Source: Torpedo marmorata | Lineage: Eukaryota | Direction of reading: 5' to 3' | Assembly: GCA_977017645.1 (NCBI GenBank) | Contig: OZ360222.1 | Span: 186,992,001-187,056,000, forward strand | Length of the DNA stretch: 64,000 nucleotides | In this document: piece by piece, positions 22,738 to 36,269 of the stretch | How the letters are laid out: each line of letters begins with the position of its first letter | Position numbering within the stretch: position 1 is the stretch's first letter | The notes under the pieces: generated by a model | The model's input: only the letters and a program-made list of their open reading frames with translations | Told to the model about the DNA's origin: nothing | The model's database searches: none | Made by a program: the position numbers and the translations under genes

Positions 22738-23715
22738 GCTTCTATGACGGGGATCAAGAATGAATGGGAACGTGATTTTAATGTTACATTTTCAGATGAA
22801 GATTGGTATAATGCTCTTGATCTAATTAATGCCTCATCTTTTTGTGCTAGACACTGTTTATTACAATTTAAAGTGGTGCATAGAATTCATATGTCCAAAC
22901 TTAAACTATCACGTTTTTACACAGACATAGATCCATTGTGTGAGAGATGTAAAATTTTTGAAGCTTCACTGATACATATGTTTTGGGAATGCCCCAATCT
23001 GGAGAGATTTTGGAAGGATATTTTTAAAACTTTATCGTTGATTTTTAAGATTAATATTGAACCATGTCCTATAATTGCTCTGTTTGGTTTTTCACATGAA
23101 CTTAACATACCTTTGTCTGCATCACAGGAAAAAGTTTTAGCTTTTTCCACGTTGATTGCCAGACGAGCAATTTTATTGAAATGGAAAGATGAGTTATCAC
23201 CGACACATAGACAGTGGTTACTAGATGTAATGTCCTTTCTGAGTTTGGAGAAAATTAGATATAATATTAAAGATAGAAAGTTTCAATTTTTAAAGATCTG
23301 GGGGCCATTCATTGAATACTATCATGATTGGAAGAATTAACTCACTGACTATCCCAAGGACTCTCTGTCCGATGCTTGGAGGTCGCTACACGATCCATAC
23401 CCTTTTTTTTGTTCTTTTCCTTCTTTTTTTTAACATCAAGGTAACCTTGCTTAGAGGGAGGGGTTAGAATAGATTAGTTTTTTGTCTTTTCTTTTTCTTT
23501 CTTTTTATTTTATTTTCAATTGTTCTTTTTTTAAGATAATTATACGGAACTAGAGTTTTAACTTATATTCAGAATTTAGTTACGACAATTTACCTAGTTT
23601 TTTTTATATATATACATGTATGAATACCAGCTGATTTTTTGAATGGTTTTCTTAATTTTGTTACTTTGTATACATGTTTATTGTTGAAACTCAATAAAAA
23701 TATTTTAAAAAGAAA
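22738..23715 (+). mobile_element. Heavily 5'-truncated L1 of a second family; ORF2 C-terminal ~200 codons uninterrupted
   Basis: Cys motif CERCKIFEASLIHMFWECP, T-rich 3' UTR, AATAAA at 23693, and 15-bp TSD GACCTTATGCAGAAA (22723-22737 and 23716-23730). Confidence 0.93.
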
Positions 23716-24309
23716 GACCTTATGCAGAAAAGCACGTTATATTTAAATCAGGATCTCAAATACTGACCATTTGAAATGGGAAGGAAAAGAACTTATCCAA
23801 ATTTATTCCATGACTGACTTCAGCATCTCTCTGGGGTCAGAGTTTTTACGTGGGAGTTTTAACATGCAAGCAACTGACATCAAGCTGTAAAGAAAGGCAT
23901 CAAAGGATAATGATCAAAGGTTTGCTCATTGGGGGGAGGTATTAAGGAGTTTCTTAAGGCATCCACGTCTATCAGCCAACTTTTTAGATCCCTCTCATCG
24001 CTGCAATCTTCAAAGATCTTGAGCTGGACCTCCGCCCCTTGAAGACAAATGTTCCAAATGACTCCAATGAAAAATATTTTTTTATCTCTTTCTTAAAGGC
24101 GAGCCTTTATTTTTAAACAGTGAATACCTTGTTTTAGATTTGCCCAAAAGGGGAGACATCTCCTCTGCATCTACCCTGTCAAGACCACCGAGGACCTTCT
24201 ATATTTCAATCAAGTCACCTCTCACTCTTCCAGACTCCAGCAGATACAAGCTGAGCCCTTCTATCTTTCCTCATGAGACAGCTGACTCTTTAGCTTAGTA
24301 AGTTAAACA

Positions 24310-24515
24310 AAAAAAAACTGCAGATACTGGTATCGAGGGCAATACAGAAATGTGCTGGAGAAACTCAGCAGGTCACGTGGCATCCATAGGAAGTAAAGGG
24401 TAAACAACATTTAGGGCCTGGGCCCATTGTCAGGTAGAAGCAAAAACAGCCCTGAATGAAAAGGTGGGGATGAGGAGAAGAGGAGGGAGGAAGGGGCAGG
24501 GGGAGGAGCACAGAC
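24310..24515 (-). mobile_element. Penelope terminal-repeat fragment (CpG-decayed)
   Basis: GCTGGAGAAACTCAGCAGGTCA...CAACATTTAGGGCCTGGGCCCATTGTCAGGTAG aligns with the 37531 and 40200 copies. Confidence 0.7.
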
Positions 24516-25099
24516 CATTATCTAACTTCAGCTCTACAGGCTTAATTGACCTGTTCTTTTAGCCATAGCATGGTGTTAACGTGAGTTTTATCTCTCTACC
24601 TCAGGTTCTGGAGTGACAGTATGGTAAAACTGGACCAAGCCGGCATCTCCAAGGTGCTTGGTTCAAACACATCATGTGAAATTTTGGAACAGCCACTTTT
24701 TTGTGTGCAATTGATCAAGGGTATAAGAAGGATAAACCATTAAGGGCTTTTGAATAACTTATTGAGACCTTTGATTGTTAAATTGGGGCTTGTCTGAGAT
24801 ATAGTCCACCATCTGCTCATTTATGTTGTGGGAAAATAATTCCAAAATGCAATGTAGAGGAAATCCATTTTCAAGCCACATCGAATTGCAATTGGCATAT
24901 TAATACAACTCATAACTGACAAATGCTGTTGAGTCTCTCCTCTGCCTTCTATTGGTTTAGATATCATTAAGTGGTCGGATGTGTGACGTGGGAATTATGT
25001 TAACACTTTTTCAAAACAAACTTAATTACCATTAAAAGAGAGTATTTTATTCCCAGTGTCACCAGTAAACTTGCAATTGCAAATAATTATTAACATTAG

Positions 25100-25905
25100 T
25101 CATCACGGCAGCTGGGAAATTCAAAACTTGGGGTAATTAAGTAAATTTGGAATAAAAAGCCATTCTCAGAAATGATAAACCGTGAAATCACAGGATTGCC
25201 ATTAAAACACATCTGGTTCATTAATGTCCTTCAAGAAAAGAAATATGCTGTCCTTATCCAGTTGGCCTGTTTATGAGTCTGAGTATAAGCATTTATTGTC
25301 AGCCACACAGGTAGGTAAGATACACCAACAACAATAGTATAAATTAAATTACTTCAATATGCCATGTGACTCCTGACACAGTTGATCTTTACTTCCTCCA
25401 TTCAGGGGCGATTGGAGATAAACAATAAATACTGGCAGTGGTGAATTGAATTGAATTGAATTGAATTGGTTATAGTCATGTGTACCAAGATACAGTGAAA
25501 AGTGTTGTTTTACATGCTATCTAAACAAGTCAACCCATACTTAAACACAGCAGGTTGACTCCAATGATGAAACTACAATTAGATTGGTATACAAAGACCT
25601 GATCTGACTCACATTCCAGCATAGGATTTTGGGGGATTTAAATTTTTAAATATTAAACAGTGTAATCTGAAATTACTAACCAGTGAGAACTACGAAACTG
25701 GTTTGAAATTGGGTTTACTGATAATTTTTAGGGAAAGGAATCTGTTTTCCCTACCTGGTCTGTTTATTTGTGACACTAGTCTCACACCATTGTGACTGAC
25801 TATTTTACTGCCCTTCTTAAATACACAGTAACCCAGTCAATTCTGGGGTCAATATGGAATGGCCAATAAAAGCTGGCCTTGCCTGTAATGCCCACATACC
25901 ATTGC
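25100..25905 (+). mobile_element. Two degenerate copies of an old SINE-like repeat (~25100-25440, ~25600-25905) separated by a short LINE tail
   Basis: Both share GGTTYAYTRAT..YYTTYARGRAARGAA.TMTG..TCCYTAYC.G and end in CAATAAA..CTGGC, a tail also seen at 41865-41885. Confidence 0.5.
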
Positions 25906-28900
25906 ATAAAACAGTGTTTCCTGCATTTGGTGAAATTAGTTGGTTTAAAATCTGATGGTCATAAATAGACCAGTAACCAGTAAAGGAAGGGGACAGGAAA
26001 TATATCCTTGAAGGATGACCTGTGATGAGAATCTGTTAAATACCATGCCGTGAGTAACAATCTCCCTCTTATCAATTTCAAAGACATACAGGGTTGGTAG
26101 ATTAATTGGTCATATGGGTGTATTTTGGCAGCGCAGGCTCATGGGCCCTAACAGCCTCTTACTGTGCTGTATCTCTTAAAACAAAGTCCCTTCATTGTTT
26201 TGTATACTTCTATCAAATCTTCACTCATCCACTTCAAAGAAAACAGTCCCGTCCTCTCGGATCTAGCCTTGTACCATTCTCATAAATCTTTTCTGGGCCC
26301 TCTCCAAGACCTTACTTTCTTTCTCTCAGAGGGTGATCTGTATCTAGAAGGAGCTACCAGAGGAAATTGTACAAGTGGGCACAATTCTGACATTCAAAAG
26401 ACATTTGGACAGATTTATGGTGAGGAAAAGCTGAACCAGCCCAGAATGCCAACTTAGTCTGAGTGGGCCAGTTAGGCCCAAGGCCTGTTCCATGCTCTAT
26501 GACACTGTGAGTCTATTCTTCCTATAACAAGCAACCAGAAATGACAACTTGCACTCCATTCAGTAAACAGATGCTGGAATCTGGAGCAAAACACAGTCTG
26601 CTGGAGGAACTCAGTGGGTGGAACAGCATCAGTGGGAGATGGAGAACAGTCAACGTTTCCAGAGGAACCCTTCACCAATGGATCAATTGTCTACGTCCCT
26701 TTACAACTCATCTGCCCAACGGTAGAGCCGCCAGTAATTGGGGTTATTCTGCTACTAGAAAAGCGGAGCTACCGACCCTGAGAGAGCCCTACAAACTGGG
26801 CCGTCAACCACTGTATTGACAGAGGAGCGTGGAATCCACTTCTCGGCGCATTGGTCTTGTTGACCCGGGTTGCCGAATGCCTGACATCTTGGCTTAAAGA
26901 CCGAGTAAATGAATTGTGCGGATATTATCGTGAGGCCGAGGGAATTGGGCCCAGCTCTGGAACAGAACGTTTGCAAACGTTGGGAAGGCGGTTAATGAAA
27001 AAGGGAATTGAGCGAGACCGCCAGCGTCCAAAATGCGTGGGAAGGGATAAATAAAAGCGAAGAATGTAAATCAAAACAAAAGCGTTCAAAATTAGAAATG
27101 CGTTTTATTGTCTTGTTATTATTCCATTACAGAGTCTGGTTATAAGTTATCCATTCCCCACCCAGAGCAATTCCCCTTTTGATATCCCGCCGATCTTTCA
27201 ACTGTTTTGTCTCAAGCGGTTCTGTACCTTGCATAAACAAAATATAAACCCAAACTTTTCCTATTCCCAATAAATTCTCACATCAGGTGCCGGTGTCACG
27301 GTCCTGGAAAAATGTCAATAGCTCGTCAAGGGGCGCTGACAATGTTATAGAGGGGAAATCTAACCAGGTGATATCCCCCACCCCTTCCCATCCTCCCAAC
27401 GCCCCAGCAACTTGTTTTATAGAATGCAAGGTCATTGTTTCAGAGACGGCAGTCATAGCTGTGCAACTCCCCTCGGGGCAACGACGACTATAACCTTCAG
27501 CAGCAACTGTGGCGTGACAAACGGTTCAAGATTCTTCATTATCGTCATGCACATAACGTTTGTTTACTTTTTGTTTGCAAAGACTTACTGGTAGAACAGC
27601 TCAATAACGCAGTAAATAACTGGCTAAATTAATAGCTAAATTGCCCAACTTTATCGCCTTACCGATGGAAATAAAGGGCTCACAAGACGACGGTGAATTG
27701 CTCTGAGGCTCTCGCGTCCATGGTGCCTGCAACGGATGTACTAGTCCGCATTAGTTTTGTCCAGCATCACACACAGACAAACTTTCCACTTTACTGCCGG
27801 GTTCCTAATTTTTTTCTCAACCTTGATTCTGCAATGTCATATTTTCTCCCTTATGCTGAGGTGTAATTGTAAATTGAAGTGATTGTTATCCAGTTTCTGG
27901 GAATGCTTTGGCAAGTTCTCGGAATGTAACCATAATCCCAGTACCTATTGCTTTTGGGAATTAGAAAATTGCTGGGTTTTTTTTTCAAAGCTGTAAGGTT
28001 TTTTTGTTCGTGTGTCGTACATACGTGCTGAGGTACCCCTGTGGATGGGAATGATTGTCCCTGAAAATCCGACCAACGAAGCGCCCAGACCGGCACACCT
28101 GTCTTAACGAGGGTTCAGGGTAAATCGGCGAATCATCAGCATTGCCCCCTTCATCCATTGCACAATGAACCCCAAACCCTCGTGTGTGAGAGACGGCGGG
28201 AGGCGCTGACTCCGGGTATTGTACAAACAAACAATCGCGGAGCGCATGCGCTTTACGTTCTGTTTTAAAGTAATTTGCTATTTTATTTAAATCTTATATA
28301 ATTCTCGCCAGAAAGTAACGGACAAAATCTTAATGATCCTAAACGGAAGAACAACCGACCTGTTCAAAAATAAATCTTCCGAGTAACGGATGATATTCAA
28401 AGTCGAATATTATATTCGTTAACTATTTATCCAGACCTTTAATTTGAGGAAGAATCGCATATTAGAGTCTGGCAAATAATAATGGCTGACGTTAACTGTG
28501 TGAACTGGGTGGTTTGTTTTCGCGCAAGATGTGTTCAATAAAATCCCTGGAGCCACTGACTTAGCACTGACCCTGAACTAGACACCAGACGCAGTCCATG
28601 AGAATGATTGAATTATTTGATAAAAGAAATATTCCAACTGCAGTTGTCTAAAGTTTGTGGTGGAATTTTCTTCACGAATGTATTTTTGTTTTATACCTTC
28701 CAACGAGCAGTTGAGTTCAAGTCCACATGCCGACATTTTAACTAAAACCATTGTGATTTATATTATGCTCCAAAATGAAGATCAGGAAATGACACTCATA
28801 TACTATAAACATTAACATTAAAATGAGGTTGCTATTATTTATATCCAATTCGAATATTTCATTGTGTAAATTCTAACGATGCAGAACTCCGGTACAGCAA

Positions 28901-29164
28901 AGGGAGTTGTACCCCCACCAAAGGTCCGATCAACATAAAGAAATTGTGTCATGATATTTCCGAATTACATCACCCCTAATGAGAAAATAAAATCAGTTAG
29001 TGAACTTGAAAATGTTTTGGAATTTACAATTAATTATTTCTTATCAATCCGGGGCTGGCAGATGTCAAGTGGTCTTTTCTAACATTCCTCGTGGTGTGAC
29101 TAATGTCACAACCCTAAAGAGGACGCTTTAATAACGCATGTACAATTTTTTTTTAAATTGTCTG

Positions 29165-29385
29165 CAATGGTTGGCGTAGCGGTTAGCGCGACGCCTTTAC
29201 AGCGCCAGCGATCGGGACCAGACTGGGGTTCGAATCCCACGCTGTCTGAGTGGGTTTTCCCTGGGGGCTCCGGTTTCCTCCCACCCTTCAAAAACCTACT
29301 GGGGTGTAGGTTAATTGGGTGTAAATTCGGCGGTAGGGACTCGTTGGGCCGAATTGGTCTGTTACAGTGCTGTATGTCTACATTA
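29165..29385 (+). mobile_element. V-SINE/HE1-type SINE with CpGs intact
   Basis: A box TGGCGTAGCGG, B box GGTTCGAATCC, V-core remnant GGGTTTTCCCTGGGGGCTCCGGTTTCCTCCCAC, and a CR1-like tail. Confidence 0.85.
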
Positions 29386-32010
29386 TTTTTTTAATTAAAT
29401 TTCATTGAAAAACTGAGTAGTGTATAAGTTACAATTCTACAATGCCTCTAGCCCATACCTAATTAGACCATTTCTCCTCTCTCTAGATAGTTTTGCGAGC
29501 GTTTAATTTCTGATTATCTGCAAAATTACCGTTCGATAGTTCCCGTTTCATAAACAGTGAACATAAATACTGGCTTTGTTTAAAATAAATTGGTTAATTC
29601 AATCATTTTAAATCGGTTTCTTCTGGTTATCTATATGCACTACAAACATGTGGAGTAAGCAATTCTTTATTTCTTATCTAACACCACGGTAAACAACACC
29701 AAATTAATTACAGATGTGCCGTTGGTTCGATTACTGATATCTTCGTTTTCTTTACACCAATAAAGCCATTCGTTTGCCCTTTTAGATAAATACGGGAATC
29801 AAGAATTCGCTTGCCCTGAGTGCTCTTTCCTTTCATTCTGGGGAGAATATGTTGCTTCTTCCATCTAGAGCAAGGAAGTTATCACTCAGCTATTCAATGT
29901 GACAATCACAGTCCTCTCCAGGATGTTTGTTACTTTACAAGTTCCTGACTCTTCGTAGCCTTTTGAGGGGAAATTAATTGCATTGTTTTTTTTTAACATT
30001 TGAAAAAATTAGAAAGTGAACTACCACAAGACAGCGAATATGTACTTCTTGTGTATTTTAGTTGGGGAATACGCGGGTGTTCGCTGTTTCCCTGAGAGGT
30101 GGTTGAGCTGAGGGAAATCCCTACCTCTCGTTATCTGGGTAAGGAAACATTTTATCGATAAAGATTTCGCCAATATATTGCCTCTGGTATCCGGGTTGGG
30201 GAAGGAGGGCTAAGGCGCTTTTGGAAATGTTTGCACCCGAGATCAAGGAGAGATTTCACAAGGATTGAAAATAATATTTATACAAAATGTTGCTGGTGTT
30301 GGAAAGGTGGTATTAGATGCAATGGTGGAAATATTTGTCAGATCAGGAAGCAAAAGGGGCCCAGGACCATTCGGCAGCGGGTTAACACAAGCTGTGAGGA
30401 TGTAATAGACACAGTCTCTCTGAATGACTGCAGCACTTGGATAACAAATAAGTAACTTTCAATCCCTTGATAAAGTGATATAGCCGGCGAAAATCTCCGT
30501 AAACAGGTAACCTGTCCCAACACCAAATGCATAAAAGCATACGCTGGTCTTATAAAATATTGAGACACTAGATATACAAAAGACACAAAAAATTCCCTGA
30601 ATTGAGGGTTGTGAATCTGTTACACAAAACCCTGTGGAGTGGGAGGGAAAATCGATGGAAGAGAATGAATGCAGACTAACCACAACCGGGCTGCGGTTAC
30701 TTCTCTTTAAATAGTGGCACGTTCCCGTTCCCTTGAGAATTACATCGCTCCTCGCGGGAATTTAGTTGTGTGTGCGGGTGAGGTGAAGCATATGCCAGGG
30801 AATATATCCCACTGGTGTTGCTGACGAGTTGTTTTTAAACATTTTACTGCGATCACGCTCTGCATTGAGGCGTGGATCGGGGTACAATCTGAAAACTGGC
30901 TTTAAATGTGCCACGGAGGGTCAGATGAAAACCCCAAACTGGCGGGTCGGTGAAGTGCACAAGTATCATTGCCCAGAACACAGTCTATATTTCTTTTTTT
31001 AATACCCGGTGTTAATATTCCTGCTCGGGGTTCTCAAACAGCGTTAACTTTTGTTTTAACCTGCACATTCCTCTGTGAAATCACACATATCCCAGTTGGT
31101 ACTGTGTTTTATCCCTGGCAAAATAGAAGTAATTATAAGGGGGTTTACTAACAAGATATATTAACGGCAATGAGATAAATTCCAAATAGCTTAAACCGCA
31201 AGAGCAAAGAGACTACAATGACTTTGTTGTGCCTGTGAGACGCCGGAATGGAGCCTCATACTCGGTATCTTGGCCAATCAGGAATCTATGTCAAATGTTA
31301 ATCCAATTCCCTTCTCTCGACTCAGAAATCCCATAAAACCGAAACGTGTGGGTAATGGTCACTAGTTCACCCATCTCAGAAATGGTCGGGCTATAGGTTG
31401 GGGGTACTTCCGAATATTTCACGAGGTTTCCAAAGTTGGACTGAGTATATGAAATGTAGGCATGTCTAACGGCCTCGCATTGTAGATGTTATCAGCTAAA
31501 GAGGCAGCTCACCAAAATCAACATTCACATTTCTTCTCTAAACAACGTTACTCCAGGGTAAAACATTGTGTGTGTGAAATAATGTCCTTCGTAAGAAGTG
31601 CCAGAAAATTGAAACTGTTTTGTGTAAAATAGCAGTCGGTAAAAATGCAGGACATGAAATGAACGTATGTAAAACCCTCACACAAGTGTTCCAAGGTAAG
31701 AGTGTAAATCACTGTCGAAAACGTGAAAGAGTTCATAAACGCAATCTGATGTGTGTTCAAGAAGACAGATTCTAAAGTTGTAAAAAACATTTAAAATTAA
31801 ATTAATTTCCTGATTCTCAATCGGACATTTAAAGCGTATCAATGCTTTGTTCACATTTCAATTTGATTGAATATTTTAGAAGGAATCGTATCGGGTAAAG
31901 CTGAACTTTTAGTTTAAAGGCCCTTTAAACAGCCCTTCATTATACGTTGTTCCCGGCACCCATTCAGGGAGGTTGGAGCACACTGGCGCTTGCTGATCCG
32001 GGATTCAAAT

Positions 32011-32142
32011 NNNNNNNNNNNNNNNNNNNNNNNNNNNNNNNNNNNNNNNNNNNNNNNNNNNNNNNNNNNNNNNNNNNNNNNNNNNNNNNNNNNNNNNNNN
32101 NNNNNNNNNNNNNNNNNNNNNNNNNNNNNNNNNNNNNNNNNN
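32011..32142. other. Assembly gap
   Basis: Run of N. Confidence 1.
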
Positions 32143-35061
32143 AGTTTGGCCCAAGTTTCTATCCAGGCCAGTGATAATACAAATCCCGAAAAAGAAACAA
32201 TTTGCGGTGGAATGTCGGTCAAAATTAAAATCCATCCTTCGGATATTTCAGTGTCTTAAATTAGACTCTGGATTAACAACCACTTTAATGTATCTATCTT
32301 TAGACCATGCATTAAAATATTGCAACCTGCACCAGGACTGCAAATAAAAATCCACTGGCTAGTTTCCTTGCAATTTGGTTTTGATATGGTTCCATCACAG
32401 TTACTTTCCAGCTTAGTGACTTCATTTTTTGTCGCCTTTGTTTCCTTATGAAATTATTCCGTAAACGTTATGGCAAAAACTGACTGGCGCGAACATCCAT
32501 GAATTATTGTAGGAAACACGTCCAGGGCGCGCTCTCCTTGGCGATAAGCATAATTGGTGACTTCGGTAAGGCTCTATAAATAAAATGGCCACATTTTATG
32601 TTATCGAGACACTCCGCCTCCTATTGAAATACATATCCAAACAAGCGTTGCCTTAACTCGAGGGACCTTTAATCAGCTCGTGGGAGGTTATACTCGTCCA
32701 ACTTCTCACCGCAGTAGAATTTGGTCCTTTTTTTGGATGTGGTGCGAATTATAAAGGGATGTAAATATGATTAAGTCTTACTTTCCCTAAGTCTTATTTC
32801 TGTTTACAACTGTCATGGAATCCGATTGTTCTATTTGAGTGCCGTGTTATTCGTTAACATTAATGCATTGGAATAACTGTTCCCAGAACTCTGCGTGGAA
32901 AATAATGCAGAAATTTGCTTTCATAGATGCGAATCTTTTCAAATGGATTTTCTTAAAATATCAATATTCGTTATGTGACAGGGGGTTTCGATGTTTCGGA
33001 CGGGGAAGGCAGCTATATAACAGCAACTTTTAAGTGCTCCATTTCCAGGAGCTATCGGACACCAGGTGTGAAATAACGGGCGAAGGGACATTGGGTGCAG
33101 GTGAACATGTGTGGGCCACAGCGCATGTGTGGTGACCTAGGGTGAAGGTTACCAGGTGGAATCAAATCTTATGGATCATATGGCAGAGAGGTCGATGATA
33201 TGAAGGTCACCAGGTTTAGAGAAAAGTGAATGTTAGATCATTTGACGTGAAGCCAAGGTGTATATAGATATCAGTGCGTTTAAAGTTACTCGGATATGGA
33301 GGACAGAGTGACACTATCACTTGAAACAAAGATCTGTGGAGGTTAAACACGGAGTGTGGATCGCACTGGATGTAGAAGGGGTTGAAGCTTATTCCGTGTG
33401 GAGATCACTAAATGTGGAGCTCATTACATGCAGTGGACACTGCGTGTGGTCAATGGGTGTGGTGGTTACGGAGTCTGGTGGGGTGACATCATTAACAGGG
33501 ACAGAAAGCGACCATGCAGTCCCTCGAGCATTCTCCGCTGGCAAATAAGATCCTGGCTGATCCGATATTGACCTCAGCTCCACTTTCGTCCCTTTTTCCA
33601 AAATTCTTTGCTCCACCGTAAACCAGAAAAAAACTGCCTAACTCGACAATAAATGTACTCATTGGCTTTGCTTCCACCGTTCTGGGGAGAAGGGTTACTC
33701 CTCATCTCCATCTAAAATGTGCAACCCTTCCGTTTATGGCCCTAGTTGTAGAAAGTCCCCGCCATCCTCCCAGGCCCTCTCAGAAGGGTTGGATGCATCA
33801 GTAAGCTCACTTTTCATTATTCTAAACTGTATTGGATATGGATCCTCCTGATCAATCTTCCCTCATATGACAACTTCTTTAAGCTTCGTCTCCGTTTATA
33901 CAGAGACTAAGACCGAGCCACGGTCCTACTGTATATTTCACAACTGGCCGCAAATAACAACGTCAAACTGGGTCAATCGGCTGTTCGTTTGAAGGCTCCT
34001 GCTTTCATTGGCAAACAATATCCAAGTTAGTACAGCCTTTGGGACATTTCTTTGATGGTCGAACCATTGCCCGTACTCCTTCCTCTTCCCACTCCACTTT
34101 ATTCAAGGTACTATTTGGCAAATCGAACCACACAGACGTTTTTTCAAAATATAATCTTCAAGAGTTGATGCCTGATGCCGCAACATTTCTGTCTATGGAT
34201 TGAGGTCTGATCAGTGAAACGGTTGGGTCAGCTTTATATAGACAGGGAGGGGACCCAGGAACTGTGGGGTCTTTCTTGGTGTTCGCATAACCGTTAGTAT
34301 TCCAGAGAGTGGAAGTACCAGACCATTGACAGCAGTGAAAAGGCAGATTCCACAAGGCGCCCGTCAAAGTTTCAGGTTCTCCTTACGGAAGGGAACGCTC
34401 GCAGCGACAGATTAGAACCATCGCCCTCTCCTCTGGCAGCAGAAAACCCCAAGTCCCAAATTCACCCCATTAACCCATCGATCTTTCCTGCATATCCTGC
34501 AGTTAATACATCAACCCGTCCCCTCGCCGGACTGTTTGCAGTGTGAGGCCATTTCGTGCAGGCATTGAGTGGACGAAGAGAAATACAGGCGCCATGAATA
34601 TATTTGGAAATGGATCAACAATAACGAAAAGAGTAATTGAGGCGTAAATTGGAATTTTCTGCTCCTAGTATTATAAATGTTAATATTAGAAGCAGAATAA
34701 GAAATATTTAAAAAATATTAAAATTGTAATGAGAGTTATGTTTCAAGTCTGTCAAAACCAGTACTTTTCGATCTGCTATCGGGATGGGACAGGTGGATTG
34801 ATGGAATAACGGGTCACCCCCTCCCATCAAATAAAGGTTGAAGTAATTTGAAATCGCACTTCCTGTCTCATGAGTGACACACACTATGGGGTCACCAATT
34901 TGATGTCAGGGACTGTTGGTCTTGCTCTATTATTAACAACTGGGATTATTCTGAGAATTTCCTTTCGAAATGGAGACTAAAAATAGACATCCGACCGCTT
35001 GTTTTCCTAACAGAGGTAAAAGGATCCCCTTAAAAGCAAACTACCGGCGAAAGGGAAACAG

Positions 35062-35242
35062 AAGAACTGCAGATACTGGAACCTTAAGTGAACAAAGAGA
35101 AGCTGGAGAGGCTCAGCGGGCCGAGCAGCCTCGGTGGGGAGAAATGAGCAGTCAACATTTCCGTTCGAGAGCCTTTATCGACTGTCCATTTCTCTCCATG
35201 GATGCTGCTTGGCCCGCTGAGGACCTCCAGCTTTGTTCACCA
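35062..35242. mobile_element. Palindromic Penelope-terminus element
   Basis: GTGAACAAAG..GCTGGAG..CTCAGCGGGCCGAGCAGC..AGAAATG..CAGTC pairs with GACTGTCCATTTCT..GCTGCTTGGCCCGCTGAG..CTCCAGCTTTGTTCAC. Confidence 0.7.
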
Positions 35243-35800
35243 GCTAAAGGGTGCTCTTTGATTTCCCGGGTTCGTAAAGCCAGGCCCTGAGTCCTGGATT
35301 TGTGTTTCGGCATTATATAAAACAAGAAGCAATGAAACAAACGACTTTGGGTATATATATATTTTTTTTTAAATCAGTTCCCCAGGAAGAAAAACCGTCT
35401 CCGCTCCTTTAAGATTAGGAAGCGTGTGTTCGTTGAATCGTTCGGTATAATTCGGTGGAATGTGATAGGTTTGTCCCTGAAATTTCCAAGAGACGGCAGC
35501 TTCCCCAATTATTTCAAATCCAGATATTAGGAAGCATCTCTCCTTTCAACTAAAGAAAAGTTCATCAATATTTTAAAAAAGAAAACTGCAGGTGCTGGAA
35601 ATCTGAAATAAAACAAACATGCTGGAAATAGTCAGCAGTCCATGCAGTATCTGTGGAGGGAGTAGTTTCTGTTTAGTTTAGAGGATTAACCTGCTTGGAG
35701 ACCAGAGCTCGAATCCCACACTGGCAACTGAAGAATTAAAGTAAATCGGGATTTTTAAAAAAACAGAATGTGGAGCGGTTACCGCGGACCCCTCATCTTC

Positions 35801-36130
35801 CTCTGGTTCACACATATCTACCTGGTTCACCCATATGTACCTGATTCTCCCATATCCATCTGATTTACCCATATCGACCTGACTCACCAATATCCACCTG
35901 GTTGACCCATATCCATCTGGTTGACCCATATCCATCTGGTTGACCCATATCCATCTGGTACACCAATATCCATCTGTCACTCATATCCACCTGGTTGACC
36001 AATATCCATCTGTCTCTCATATCCACCTGGTTGACCCATATCCATCTGGTACACCAATATCCACCTAGTTCACCATATCTACCTCATTCATCCATATTCA
36101 CTATAGCAAGGAATATATCTCCATATCTTC
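35801..36130. repeat. Minisatellite, ~19-bp unit ACCCATATCCATCTGGTTG
   Basis: Directly visible tandem array with perfect central units and diverged edges. Confidence 0.92.
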
Positions 36131-36269
36131 ATGTCCCACTCCTGCAATTCCGCAAAATAAGGGATTTATTTTGCTTTGAAATTCCCTTTGAGTTGACACA
36201 TGTTGAAGACTGGTTTCCGACTTACAACGTGGTTTTACGAAGGGGACTGCGAGTAGGTACTTGGGAAGC

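Noticed and set aside
29168-29245. tRNA gene
   Set aside because: A and B boxes are present but continue into the V-SINE core and CR1-like tail, and no full cloverleaf forms.
31914-32259. ORFs across the first gap
   Set aside because: Artefacts of the N run.
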